64,000 nucleotides of DNA from Dehalococcoidia bacterium. Lineage in GTDB: Bacteria; Chloroflexota; Dehalococcoidia; Lucifugimonadales; UBA2985. Both the position numbers and the translations under genes were made by a program. The notes beneath the pieces are model-generated. The model saw nothing but the letters and a program-made list of their open reading frames with translations, did no database searches and was not told where the DNA came from. Within the stretch, counting starts at the first letter, position 1; each line of letters starts with the position of its first letter. Shown piece after piece: positions 53,468-61,640 of the stretch. Where the stretch lies: assembly GCA_034421015.1 (NCBI GenBank), contig DAOUKT010000003.1:5152-69151 (forward strand), in the 5' to 3' direction.

Positions 53468-54454
53468 CTAGTCCCCGGGGCCCGCGTCTGCCGTCTCTTC
53501 CTCCTCGACGGGTACTGGGACCGAGTCCAGCACCTCGCACAGGATATCGGCGGCGGTGTGGCCTCGCAGGTGGCTCTGGGAGTGGGGGATGACCCGGTGC
53601 TCCAGAACGTAGGGCGCAAGCTGCTTCACGTCGTCGGGTATTACAAAGCCGCGGCCCTTGATGGCCGCGAGGGCCTGGGCCGTGTGGAGCATCCCCAGCA
53701 TCGCACGCGGGCTTGCGCCCAGCTCCACCTGGGGATGCTGCCGCGTGGCGTGGACCAGCTTGATGATGTACTGCCGGACGTCGGCGTCCACGATCACGTC
53801 CCGGCAGGCGCGCTGCAACTCCAGCAACTGCTCCGCCGAGACCACCGAGTCAAGCTCCCCGATGGGGTTGCCCTGGGCAAAGCGCTCCATAATGAGCTCG
53901 TCCTCCGCCTCGTCCGGGTAGCCCATGCGGACGCGCATCAGGAAGCGGTCAAGCTGCGCCTCTGGGAGTGGGAACGTGCCCTCAAGCTCAACGGGGTTCT
54001 GGGTCGCCAGCACCAGGAAGGGGCGATGAAGAGGCCGCGTTTCGCCCTCTACCGTAATCTGCCGCTCCTCCATTGCCTCCAGAAAAGCCGACTGAGTGCG
54101 CGGCGTTGCCCTGTTGATCTCGTCTGCGAGGAGGACCTGGGCGAAGACGGGGCCGGAGCGGAACTCGAAGTCGTTGGTCTTCTGGTTGTAGATGTAGGTT
54201 CCGGTAACGTCCGAAGGAAGCAGGTCCGGGGTGCACTGGATGCGGTTGAAAGTGCAGCCCAGGGAGCGGGCGATGGACCTCGCCAGCATGGTCTTGCCGA
54301 TGCCGGGCACGTCCTCAATCAGGATGTGGCCCTCGCAGAGAATGGCCACCAGCGCCAGCTCCACCACGTCAGACTTGCCGACGATGACCCGCGCAATGTT
54401 GTCGTGGATCTCCCGGGCCGTGCTGGCGATCCTGCCCACTGAGGTGTCAGTCAT
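53468..54454 (-). CDS. MoxR-like AAA+ ATPase
   Basis: ORF track. Contains ILIEDVPGIGKT, LLADEINRA and the ATQNP..EGTFPLPEAQLDRF motifs. Confidence 0.9.
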   Translation of the reverse strand: MTDTSVGRIASTAREIHDNIARVIVGKSDVVELALVAILCEGHILIEDVPGIGKTMLARSIARSLGCTFNRIQCTPDLLPSDVTGTYIYNQKTNDFEFRSGPVFAQVLLADEINRATPRTQSAFLEAMEERQITVEGETRPLHRPFLVLATQNPVELEGTFPLPEAQLDRFLMRVRMGYPDEAEDELIMERFAQGNPIGELDSVVSAEQLLELQRACRDVIVDADVRQYIIKLVHATRQHPQVELGASPRAMLGMLHTAQALAAIKGRGFVIPDDVKQLAPYVLEHRVIPHSQSHLRGHTAADILCEVLDSVPVPVEEEETADAGPGD

Positions 54455-54464
54455 CTAGCCCGCT

Positions 54465-54824
54465 CTACTCCTCCAGCATCATCTGTAGGTGCTCCAGCAG
54501 CAACTCCACATACTCCAGGTCTCTATGCACTGACGGCGCCGGCATCCAGTTTTCGTAGAAGTTCTTGTGAAGGCCGTCTGCCACTTTGAATAGTTCGGCC
54601 AGATCCTCCTCTGCGGGGTCCGCCGACAGATCCCTGATTGCGCGCCACAACAGGCCGTGGCTGTTGTGGCCCCATCCCCTCTTTTCTGCAACCGCTTTTA
54701 CCATCTGAGCCGCCGCGCCCCAACCTTTTTCCGACGCTTGCCGGAGGTCACCCGCGGCCCACTCGCTGTACCCTTGGCGCAGCAGGTCCCACGCCGCCGC
54801 CTGATACGTCATCTCCGTCGTCAT
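54465..54824 (-). CDS. PaREP1-like HEPN-superfamily protein, copy 2
   Basis: ORF track. It shares the QASEKGWGAAAQMVKAVAEKRGWGHNSH...LHKNFYE block with 26819-27181. Confidence 0.55.
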   Translation of the reverse strand: MTTEMTYQAAAWDLLRQGYSEWAAGDLRQASEKGWGAAAQMVKAVAEKRGWGHNSHGLLWRAIRDLSADPAEEDLAELFKVADGLHKNFYENWMPAPSVHRDLEYVELLLEHLQMMLEE

Positions 54825-55171
54825 TTCTTCCCCATCAGCGCTTGTTCCTCAGGATGTAGCAGGATATCAAGCGTCTGCTCTGCGTGCTCCGGCCCAATGA
54901 TCCAGTCCCAGTAACCGTTTTCCTGGCGGCGCGTCACTCCCTTGTTGGCCAAGTAATCCTTCAGGGGCTTGGGGAAGAAGGTGGCTTTCCCGGCAATCCG
55001 GGCTATGTCACCCCGCTCTTCATCCCGAAAGTAGACGGTAGCTCGCGGGCGGTAGTGGAACTTCCAGCACGAGCCGAACCTGCCCTCACCCCCCATGCCT
55101 TCCTGGCGCTTCCACTTTATCCTGTTCGGGTAGGCTTCCCAGAATTTGTCCTTTACTGTCCTGTACGTCAT
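54821..55171 (-). CDS. hypothetical protein (partner upstream of HEPN-like copy 2)
   Basis: ORF track 54821-55183 (TTG). ATG 55171 is more likely. It overlaps the HEPN-like gene by ATGA. I recognised no family. Confidence 0.45.
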   Translation of the reverse strand: MTYRTVKDKFWEAYPNRIKWKRQEGMGGEGRFGSCWKFHYRPRATVYFRDEERGDIARIAGKATFFPKPLKDYLANKGVTRRQENGYWDWIIGPEHAEQTLDILLHPEEQALMGKK

Positions 55172-55276
55172 CTCTCTACTCAACTGTCTCTAGTGTAGCA
55201 GGCTTGGAGTCTATCTTCCAAGACAATGAGTGAGTTGCGTCTTCCGGTACGATGTTGCATAGATGGGCGAATCCCA

Positions 55277-56596
55277 TCAGCTGAGAGCCTCCAGGACGTC
55301 CATGCCGATGTGTCCCTCCGCCTCCAGACGGGCGTACTCCTCGTCCGAAAGGCCCAGCACGTCACGGTATACGTAGGGGTTGTGCTCTCCCAGGAGGGGC
55401 GGCGCCTTGCGCAGCGGGTTCGGCGTTTTGGACATTTGCCAGAGGGGGCCGTGGTACTTGATTGTGGGCATCTCCGCGTGTTCAAGTGGCTGGTAGTAGC
55501 CCCGGTCCACCATGTGTGGGTCCTCCAGCACCTCGAGCTCATCCAGGATGGGGCCGGAGGGCACGCCGCGGGCCTGGAGCCTGTGAAACACCTCCCGGTG
55601 GTTCTGCCGGCGCGTCCACTCGACAATGATGGGGTCAAGCTCGTCCTGGTTCTTCCAGCGGGCGTCCTGGTCGCAGAAGCGCGGGTCTGCCGTCAGCTCA
55701 AGGTCGCCCATCACCTCGCACAGGCCACGCCATTCCTCGTCGCTGCCCACTGCCAGCGTAATCCACTTGTCCTCGCCCTGGCAGGGGTACACGCCATGGG
55801 GCGCCATCCAACTGTCCCTGTTGCCCATGCTCGCCCGGACGCGCCCGTTCATCGTGTAGTCCATAATCGAGTCCGTCATGAACGGGATGAAGTTCTCCGC
55901 AAGGGGCATCTCGATCATCTGCCCCTTGCCCGTGCGCTTGCGATACCACAGCGCGGCGAACACCGCGAAGGCTCCGCCCGCTCCGGCGGCCGCGTCGGCT
56001 GCCACTGTATCTCCCCGACGGTGGGGCTCTTCGTCCGGGTAGCCCCGGGTGTGGGAGTGGCCCGATACGCCGTCAACGTGCATTCCCAGGCATCGGAAGT
56101 TGGTGTAAGGCCCCGAAAGGCCGAAGGCCGGCATCCGCACCATTATGATTTGGGGGTTCCACTCCCGGAGCCAGTCGTAGGTGATCTTCAGCTTGTCCAT
56201 GGTCTCCGGCACGTTGTTCTCGATGAACACGTCCGACTTTGCTATCAGATTACCAAGGATCTCCAGGCCCTCCGGCCTCAGCAGGTCCACGGTCATGCTC
56301 TTCTTGTTCCGCCCCGTGGACGTCATGCTGGTGGCCCGGTTCCAGGGACGAGGCCCCGGGTCCCAGTTTGGGAACACCATTCCGGCGCCCGTTCCAGATG
56401 CCTTGGCCTGTTCAATCATCTCCTTGGACACCTTGGCGTACTGGCCGCGGGTGCCCAGGACCAGCGATTGAATTGTCTCCAGGCGTATGAGATCGGCTCC
56501 CCAGTCGGCCAGGTGCATTGTGGCATACGGGCCTGCAAAGATGTGGGTCAGCTCCACAATCCTTACTCCCTCCAGAGGCAGCTTACTCATGTGCAT
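55277..56596 (-). CDS. family III CoA-transferase, C-type (stand-alone homologue of the second half of the fused genes)
   Basis: ORF track, 439 aa. It is collinear with residues ~430-855 of 37711-40278, including the GPRPWNR insertion and the EGHIGMD C-terminus. Confidence 0.85.
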   Translation of the reverse strand: MHMSKLPLEGVRIVELTHIFAGPYATMHLADWGADLIRLETIQSLVLGTRGQYAKVSKEMIEQAKASGTGAGMVFPNWDPGPRPWNRATSMTSTGRNKKSMTVDLLRPEGLEILGNLIAKSDVFIENNVPETMDKLKITYDWLREWNPQIIMVRMPAFGLSGPYTNFRCLGMHVDGVSGHSHTRGYPDEEPHRRGDTVAADAAAGAGGAFAVFAALWYRKRTGKGQMIEMPLAENFIPFMTDSIMDYTMNGRVRASMGNRDSWMAPHGVYPCQGEDKWITLAVGSDEEWRGLCEVMGDLELTADPRFCDQDARWKNQDELDPIIVEWTRRQNHREVFHRLQARGVPSGPILDELEVLEDPHMVDRGYYQPLEHAEMPTIKYHGPLWQMSKTPNPLRKAPPLLGEHNPYVYRDVLGLSDEEYARLEAEGHIGMDVLEALS

Positions 56597-56621
56597 CTCC
56601 TCCCGGGGCCTTGCGACCCGA

Positions 56622-57839
56622 CTAGATTACGCCCAATCCCCGCAGGCGCGCCAGTCCCTGGCTGTCGTAGCCAAGGGTTTGTCCGAAAACCTCTTCGTTG
56701 TGCTCTCCAAGCTGGGGCGCAGGTCGTCGAAGCTGCCAGGGCGACTCGCCCATGATTATGGGCCGCCCGGGATACGTCTGACGCCCGGCGACGGCGTGGT
56801 CGATGTCGACCCACATCCCCCGGTCCCTGAAGTGGTTGTCCTCCATCAGCGCCCTGGAGTTGTAGATGGGGCCGGACAGGACGTGGGCCTTTTGCGCCAG
56901 CGTCCACACCTCCTGCATGGTGTGCTGCATGAGCCAGGGCATCAGGAACTCCCGGTTGAAGGACTCCGCGTTCTCCGTGTTCAACCTGGCGTCCGGCGTT
57001 GCAAACCGGGGGTCTTCGATGAGGTCCGGCCTGCCCAGCATCTCAAGGGCCCTGGGAAAGCGGCTCCCTCCGCCGGTGACGTTGACGTAGCCGTCCCTGC
57101 AGGGGAACGTCCCGGACGCCATTGTGGCCCCGGGGGCGCGGCGCGGGAAGACCTGGTTCACGAACTGTGCCGTCATGAGCTGGGGCGCTCTCCGGTCCTG
57201 GGAGCCTGCCTGTGTCTCGACGATTGCGACATCGACGTGCTCGCCCTCGCCGCCGCGCGCCTCGCGGGTGAAGAGCGCGGCCATCGTCGCCCCGGCTCCG
57301 ATGAGGCCCGCCTGTCGGAGGGCAACGTGGCTCCCGTACTTGACCGGCTCGCGTTCCGGCAGCCCCAGGCTCCGAAGATTGCCGCCAATGCCGTGAAGGA
57401 CAATCTCGCTGGCCTTGTAGTCCCGGTACGGCCCCGTCTGCCCGAAGTTGGATATTGAGACCAGGATCACCCCGGCGTTTATCTGCTCCAGGTCCTCGTA
57501 TGCCAGGCCCAGGGACGGCATCACCCTCGGAGCGAAGTTCTCCACCACGATGTCCACCTGCTTGACAAGCTCCAGCAGCATTCCGCGGCCGGTGGAGGTC
57601 TTGAGGTTGAGGGTCACGCCCCGCTTGTTGGTGTTGAGGTGCAGGAAGAGGCCGCTCTTCTCCGGGTGCGGCGTGTCGTCCGGGAAGGGGCCCATGCGCC
57701 GGGTGACGTCGCCACCGTCAGGACGCTCCACCTTGACGACGTCTGCGCCGTAGTCGGCCAGCATCTTGGTGCAGTAGGGACCGGCGACGTGCCGGGTCAG
57801 GTCCAGGATGCGCACGTCTGAAAGCGCCATGTCCGACAT
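56622..57839 (-). CDS. family III CoA-transferase, N-type (stand-alone homologue of the first half of the fused genes)
   Basis: ORF track, 405 aa. VRILDLTRHVAGPYCTKMLADYGADVVKVERPDGGDVTR...NFGQTGPYRDYKASE is collinear with the first halves. Confidence 0.85.
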   Translation of the reverse strand: MSDMALSDVRILDLTRHVAGPYCTKMLADYGADVVKVERPDGGDVTRRMGPFPDDTPHPEKSGLFLHLNTNKRGVTLNLKTSTGRGMLLELVKQVDIVVENFAPRVMPSLGLAYEDLEQINAGVILVSISNFGQTGPYRDYKASEIVLHGIGGNLRSLGLPEREPVKYGSHVALRQAGLIGAGATMAALFTREARGGEGEHVDVAIVETQAGSQDRRAPQLMTAQFVNQVFPRRAPGATMASGTFPCRDGYVNVTGGGSRFPRALEMLGRPDLIEDPRFATPDARLNTENAESFNREFLMPWLMQHTMQEVWTLAQKAHVLSGPIYNSRALMEDNHFRDRGMWVDIDHAVAGRQTYPGRPIIMGESPWQLRRPAPQLGEHNEEVFGQTLGYDSQGLARLRGLGVI

Positions 57840-57898
57840 CAGGCCACCTCCGGCTGCCCTGGCGAGTGTGGGAGAGCGGGGCTGGAAATCGTGCGGAT

Positions 57899-57907
57899 AT
57901 TATAGCA
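57899..57907 (-). promoter_or_regulatory. extended -10 promoter TGCTATAAT upstream of the split CoA-transferase pair
   Basis: Minus-strand reading is CCGTGCTATAATATCC, 60 nt upstream of ATG 57839. Confidence 0.45.
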
Positions 57908-58083
57908 CGGGAAGAAGGGGAAGGGGGCGTTTCCGCAAAGGAGGGTTGGTGTCGAGTCGATTGATGAGCGCAGGCAGCGGAAACATCTTCAAACCCCGTC
58001 AATCCTTGACTCCAGAGCAACATAAACGCGGAGGGAATGAACTATAATGTCAGGGATGGTCAACTGATGACAGGAGGATCCTG

Positions 58084-58359
58084 ATGGCGGGCGCGATCGA
58101 TGAGTCTGGAGAGGTAACGGCAATTGGAGAGGCCATTTACAAGGAGAAAATCCGCTCCAAAGTTGAGCCAGCTCAGAAGGGGAAGTTCGTGGTCATAGAC
58201 GTTGAGAGCGGCGATTACGAGATTGACACAGATGACGCATCAGCCACGCGGCGATTGTTAAAGCGGAGGCCGGACGCCGTGACTTACGGGGTGCGCGTTG
58301 GGTATCGGGCTGCATACAGCCACCTCGGTGGGTTTGGAACGCCTGATAGCGATGATTAA
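58084..58359 (+). CDS. small hypothetical protein preceding the retropepsin-like protease
   Basis: ORF track. It overlaps the next gene by 8 nt. Confidence 0.5.
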   Translation: MAGAIDESGEVTAIGEAIYKEKIRSKVEPAQKGKFVVIDVESGDYEIDTDDASATRRLLKRRPDAVTYGVRVGYRAAYSHLGGFGTPDSDD

Positions 58360-58732
58360 GGGGTGGGTAACTGAGAGTGGGCAGGCCACCATTACCCTGG
58401 AGATCGTTGACAGCAGGGGTCTGCAGCAGCCCGTGGAAGCTGTATTGGATACTGGATTCACAGGGTATCTGACACTTTCACGTGAATCGATTGAACGGCT
58501 CGGATTGATGTTCGTGGGACGGCGGACTTTTGAGTTGGCAAATGGAGACTTGTTTGAGTTTGAGGCGTATCTTGCGTCAGTTTCGTGGCAAGGGAGTCAA
58601 AGAGACGCCTTAGTACTTAGGTCGGACAGCGCTCCACTGTTGGGCATGACATTACTCTGGGGCAGCCGCATTACCATAGAGGCCGTGGCTGACGGCGAGG
58701 TTACAGTTGAGGAGATTTCAGGAGCTCTTTGA
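58352..58732 (+). CDS. retropepsin-like (clan AA) aspartic protease domain protein
   Basis: Internal ATG of ORF 58298-58732. It contains the AVLDTGFTGYLTL (D-T-G) motif and has the size of a single retropepsin lobe. Confidence 0.6.
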   Translation: MIKGWVTESGQATITLEIVDSRGLQQPVEAVLDTGFTGYLTLSRESIERLGLMFVGRRTFELANGDLFEFEAYLASVSWQGSQRDALVLRSDSAPLLGMTLLWGSRITIEAVADGEVTVEEISGAL

Positions 58733-58822
58733 GAAGCCAATCTGCATGTATGCCAATTATTGACAGTTTCTGCAGGGATAGACACTATTCTCTACAGCCT
58801 CGCAGGGCAAGAGAACTAGAGC

Positions 58823-59479
58823 ATGGTTACTAGAGAAGACTACTTGAACACTCTACCCACCCTTGACGAAGAGACGGCGCTTCTGGCCCTGGGCCACCGA
58901 GTCATCGCCGGCGTGGACGAGGCGGGCCGCGGGCCCCTCGCCGGGCCGGTGGTGGCCGGGGCGGTCGTGGTCCCGCCGGACTTTCGCCCTCCCTGGCTTG
59001 AGAACGTGCGGGACAGCAAGCTGATGACCCCGGCGCAGAGGGAGGCCGTCTTCGGGCAGATGGAGGAGTCCGGCATTGGCTGGGCGTACGGCGTGGCCTC
59101 CCCGGAGGACGTGGACTCCCTGGGCATTGTGGGCGCGACCAAGGAGGCCATGCTGCGGGCCATACGCGGACTGCCTGAATCCCCCGGCTATCTGCTCATC
59201 GACGCTCTGCCTCTCCCTGAGAGCGGCCTGCCGCTCAAGGCCATCGTCAAGGGCGACCGCAAGTGTGTTTCGATAGCGGCCGCGTCGATAGTCGCCAAGG
59301 TCACTAGAGACCGGCTGATGGCGGATGAGGACGCCAGGTATCCCGGCTACGGCTTTGCGCTGCACAAGGGGTATCCAACGAGGGCGCATTTGGAGCGGCT
59401 CCGCAGCCTTGGCCCCTGCCCCATACACCGGCGATCGTTCGCGCCGGTGCAGGCCGTGTTGGGCGGCGGCCATGCCTGA
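58823..59479 (+). CDS. rnhB: ribonuclease HII
   Basis: ORF track. Contains IAGVDEAGRGPLAGPVV...DSKL...IAAASIVAKVTRD. Confidence 0.9.
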   Translation: MVTREDYLNTLPTLDEETALLALGHRVIAGVDEAGRGPLAGPVVAGAVVVPPDFRPPWLENVRDSKLMTPAQREAVFGQMEESGIGWAYGVASPEDVDSLGIVGATKEAMLRAIRGLPESPGYLLIDALPLPESGLPLKAIVKGDRKCVSIAAASIVAKVTRDRLMADEDARYPGYGFALHKGYPTRAHLERLRSLGPCPIHRRSFAPVQAVLGGGHA

Positions 59480-59852
59480 CAGCGGACGCCGGGTGAGGCT
59501 GGGCGCGGCCGGCGAGAAAGCAGCCAGGAGCTATCTGGAGAGAAGCGGTTACGCCATCCTGGACACCAACTTCCGCTGTCCCCACGGCGAGGTGGACATC
59601 ATCGCGCTGGACGGGGACTGCCTGGTCTTTCTGGAGGTGCGCACACGCCGGGGCGGCAGCTTCGGGTCTCCGGAGGAGTCCATCACACCGGGCAAGGAGC
59701 GGAAGCTCATCGCCACTGCGGAGACGTACATGCAGTCCAGGGCCGACCTGCCGGAGCAGTGGCGCATCGACCTTGTGGCGGTGGACGTGGACGCCCAGGG
59801 GCGCATCACTCGCATAGAGCGGACGGAGAACGCCGTGGTCAGTCGCCTGTAG
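59472..59852 (+). CDS. yraN: YraN family (UPF0102) endonuclease-like protein
   Basis: Internal ATG of ORF 59325-59852. Contains GEKAARSYLERSGYAILDTNFRCPHGEVDIIALDGDCLVFLEVRTR. rnhB-yraN linkage is common. Confidence 0.8.
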   Translation: MPDSGRRVRLGAAGEKAARSYLERSGYAILDTNFRCPHGEVDIIALDGDCLVFLEVRTRRGGSFGSPEESITPGKERKLIATAETYMQSRADLPEQWRIDLVAVDVDAQGRITRIERTENAVVSRL

Positions 59853-59937
59853 CGTCGAATGGCCGCGGGTCATCCCTGGGCCTTGGTTTACCCTCCACCT
59901 GCTATGTGCTAGAATTTTCGTATCCGAGGAAGTATTC

Positions 59938-60288
59938 ATGCCCATCTACGAGTACCGTTGCCAGAGCTGCAGTCGCAAGTTTTCGGTCTTTTTCCGCAGC
60001 TTCTCCGAGACCGGCGACCCTTCCTGCACCCTCTGCGACAGTGCCGACGTGTACCGCGTCATCTCGCAGGTTGCGGTCATCAAGAGCCCGAACGAGTTCA
60101 TGGGCCACCTGCCCTCCTGGGAGACTATGACCGACTTCGACGAGGACGACCCGCGCAGCGTGGCTGAGATGATGCGCAGGATCAAGGATGATTCCGGCTA
60201 TGACATTGGGCCACAGGGCGAGGAGATGCTGGCGATGCTGGACGCTTCTGAGATGGTGCCCGACTCTGGAGATGACTCCGGCTTCTAG
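59938..60288 (+). CDS. FmdB family zinc-ribbon protein
   Basis: ORF track. Contains MPIYEYRCQSCSRKF...CTLCDS. Confidence 0.75.
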   Translation: MPIYEYRCQSCSRKFSVFFRSFSETGDPSCTLCDSADVYRVISQVAVIKSPNEFMGHLPSWETMTDFDEDDPRSVAEMMRRIKDDSGYDIGPQGEEMLAMLDASEMVPDSGDDSGF

Positions 60289-60303
60289 GGCCGGTTGTCG
60301 AGG

Positions 60304-60990
60304 ATGGCCAGAGAAATGACTATGGCCTCGCCGGAGCGGAAGGCATTGGCCGCAAAGGTCAATGGGCTGTACGTCATCATCGACGCGCAGGCCGCGAAGG
60401 GCAGGGAGCCGGTTGACCTGAGCCGCGCCGCTCTCCGGGGCGGGGCCAGGGTTCTGCAGCTCCGGGACAAGGTCAACGACAAGGGCGACGTGCTGCCCGC
60501 CGCACGCGCCATCCGGGCCCTGTGTGACGAGCACGACGCCCTGCTCATCATCAACGACCACGCCGACCTCGCTGTTGCCTGCAACGCCCACGGCCTGCAC
60601 CTGGGCCAGCACGACCTGCCCATAGAGGATGCCAGGGCCATACTGGGACCGCACCAGATAATCGGGACGTCCAACGCCCTGCTTGAGGAGGCGCAAAACT
60701 CGGAGAGGCGCGGGGCGGACTACCTGGCTGTCGGCGCTATGTTCCCGACCGACTCCAAGGAGAGGACCAGGCCGGCCGGGCTGGAGACCCTGGCAAGGGT
60801 CAGGGGCAGTACGTCCCTGCCGCTGGTCGCCATTGGCGGCATCAAGGAGGACAACATCGCGGGGGTGATTGGCGCAGGCGCGGACGCGGCGTGCGTCATC
60901 TCAGCCGTGGTCGGCGCCCCCGACCCGGAGGCGGCAGCCCGCCGCCTCGTGTCCGCAATTGAGGCCGCCAGGCCGGGGAGAGCGGGCTAG
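60304..60990 (+). CDS. thiE: thiamine-phosphate synthase
   Basis: ORF track 60295-60990. The start is uncertain (ATG 60304, 60316 or 60322). Contains LYVIID, LQLRDK, INDHADLA and GADYLAVGAMFPT. Confidence 0.8.
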   Translation: MAREMTMASPERKALAAKVNGLYVIIDAQAAKGREPVDLSRAALRGGARVLQLRDKVNDKGDVLPAARAIRALCDEHDALLIINDHADLAVACNAHGLHLGQHDLPIEDARAILGPHQIIGTSNALLEEAQNSERRGADYLAVGAMFPTDSKERTRPAGLETLARVRGSTSLPLVAIGGIKEDNIAGVIGAGADAACVISAVVGAPDPEAAARRLVSAIEAARPGRAG

Positions 60991-61076
60991 ACCGGCCAAT
61001 TGATTGTTGATGAAATGCGCGGCATGAAGTATCATGTTGTGTGACTGGAAGCACAATCAGCGGACACCCATAGGAC

Positions 61077-61544
61077 ATGGCACAGAGCACATACCAGGAT
61101 GACGCCTACGCCCTGCCGGAGCCGGTTGGGGAGAGCTCCGTCCGGACTCACCGGATGTGGTTCCTCACGGCGGGCGTCGTGTTCCTGATGGTTTTGGGAT
61201 ACCTTGGATTCGTCGCTTTCCAGAGCGCAAGCGCCTACTACCTTACGGTCGGTGAGCTTACGGCCAAGGGCGCCGATGCCTACGACAAGAACCTGCGGGT
61301 CAACGGCAAGCTGGTCCCTTCGTCTTTCGAGCGGGACGCCAGTGGCACGCTGATCCACTTCTCCCTGACCGACGGCGATGAGACCATCAGCGCAGTCCAC
61401 GACGGTGTGGTGCCTGACCTGTTCTTCAACGAGCACTCGGAGATTCTTCTGGAGGGCACCTACGGCCCGGAGGGCCTGTTTGACGCCCAAGCCATAATCG
61501 TAAAGTGCCCGTCCAAGTACCAGGCGCTGGAAGAGAACGTGTAG
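61077..61544 (+). CDS. ccmE: cytochrome c maturation haem chaperone CcmE, CxxxY variant
   Basis: ORF track. It has an N-terminal TM anchor and an OB-fold region (LRVNGKLVPSSF...). The C-terminus VKCPSKYQ carries C-x3-Y where canonical CcmE has H-x3-Y. Confidence 0.7.
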   Translation: MAQSTYQDDAYALPEPVGESSVRTHRMWFLTAGVVFLMVLGYLGFVAFQSASAYYLTVGELTAKGADAYDKNLRVNGKLVPSSFERDASGTLIHFSLTDGDETISAVHDGVVPDLFFNEHSEILLEGTYGPEGLFDAQAIIVKCPSKYQALEENV

Positions 61545-61575
61545 CGACCGGCGCCCAAAGGGATCGTCTAATGAG

Positions 61576-61613
61576 AAGCGCCCCTCTTCGAAAGAGGGGC
61601 GCTTGGCTTTTCC
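61576..61613 (+). terminator. rho-independent terminator between convergent ccmE and korB
   Basis: A 12-13-bp stem AAGCGCCCCUCUU/AAGAGGGGCGCUU followed by GGCUUUUCC. Confidence 0.65.
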
Positions 61614-61640
61614 GAGTCAATCGCGGCTTGCGGGGGTTGC

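Noticed and set aside
54805-55175. Shared GAGATGACGTA at the starts of the two genes of the HEPN copy 2 pair
   Set aside because: An 11-nt coincidence covering RBS and start context. There is no further similarity between the two proteins.
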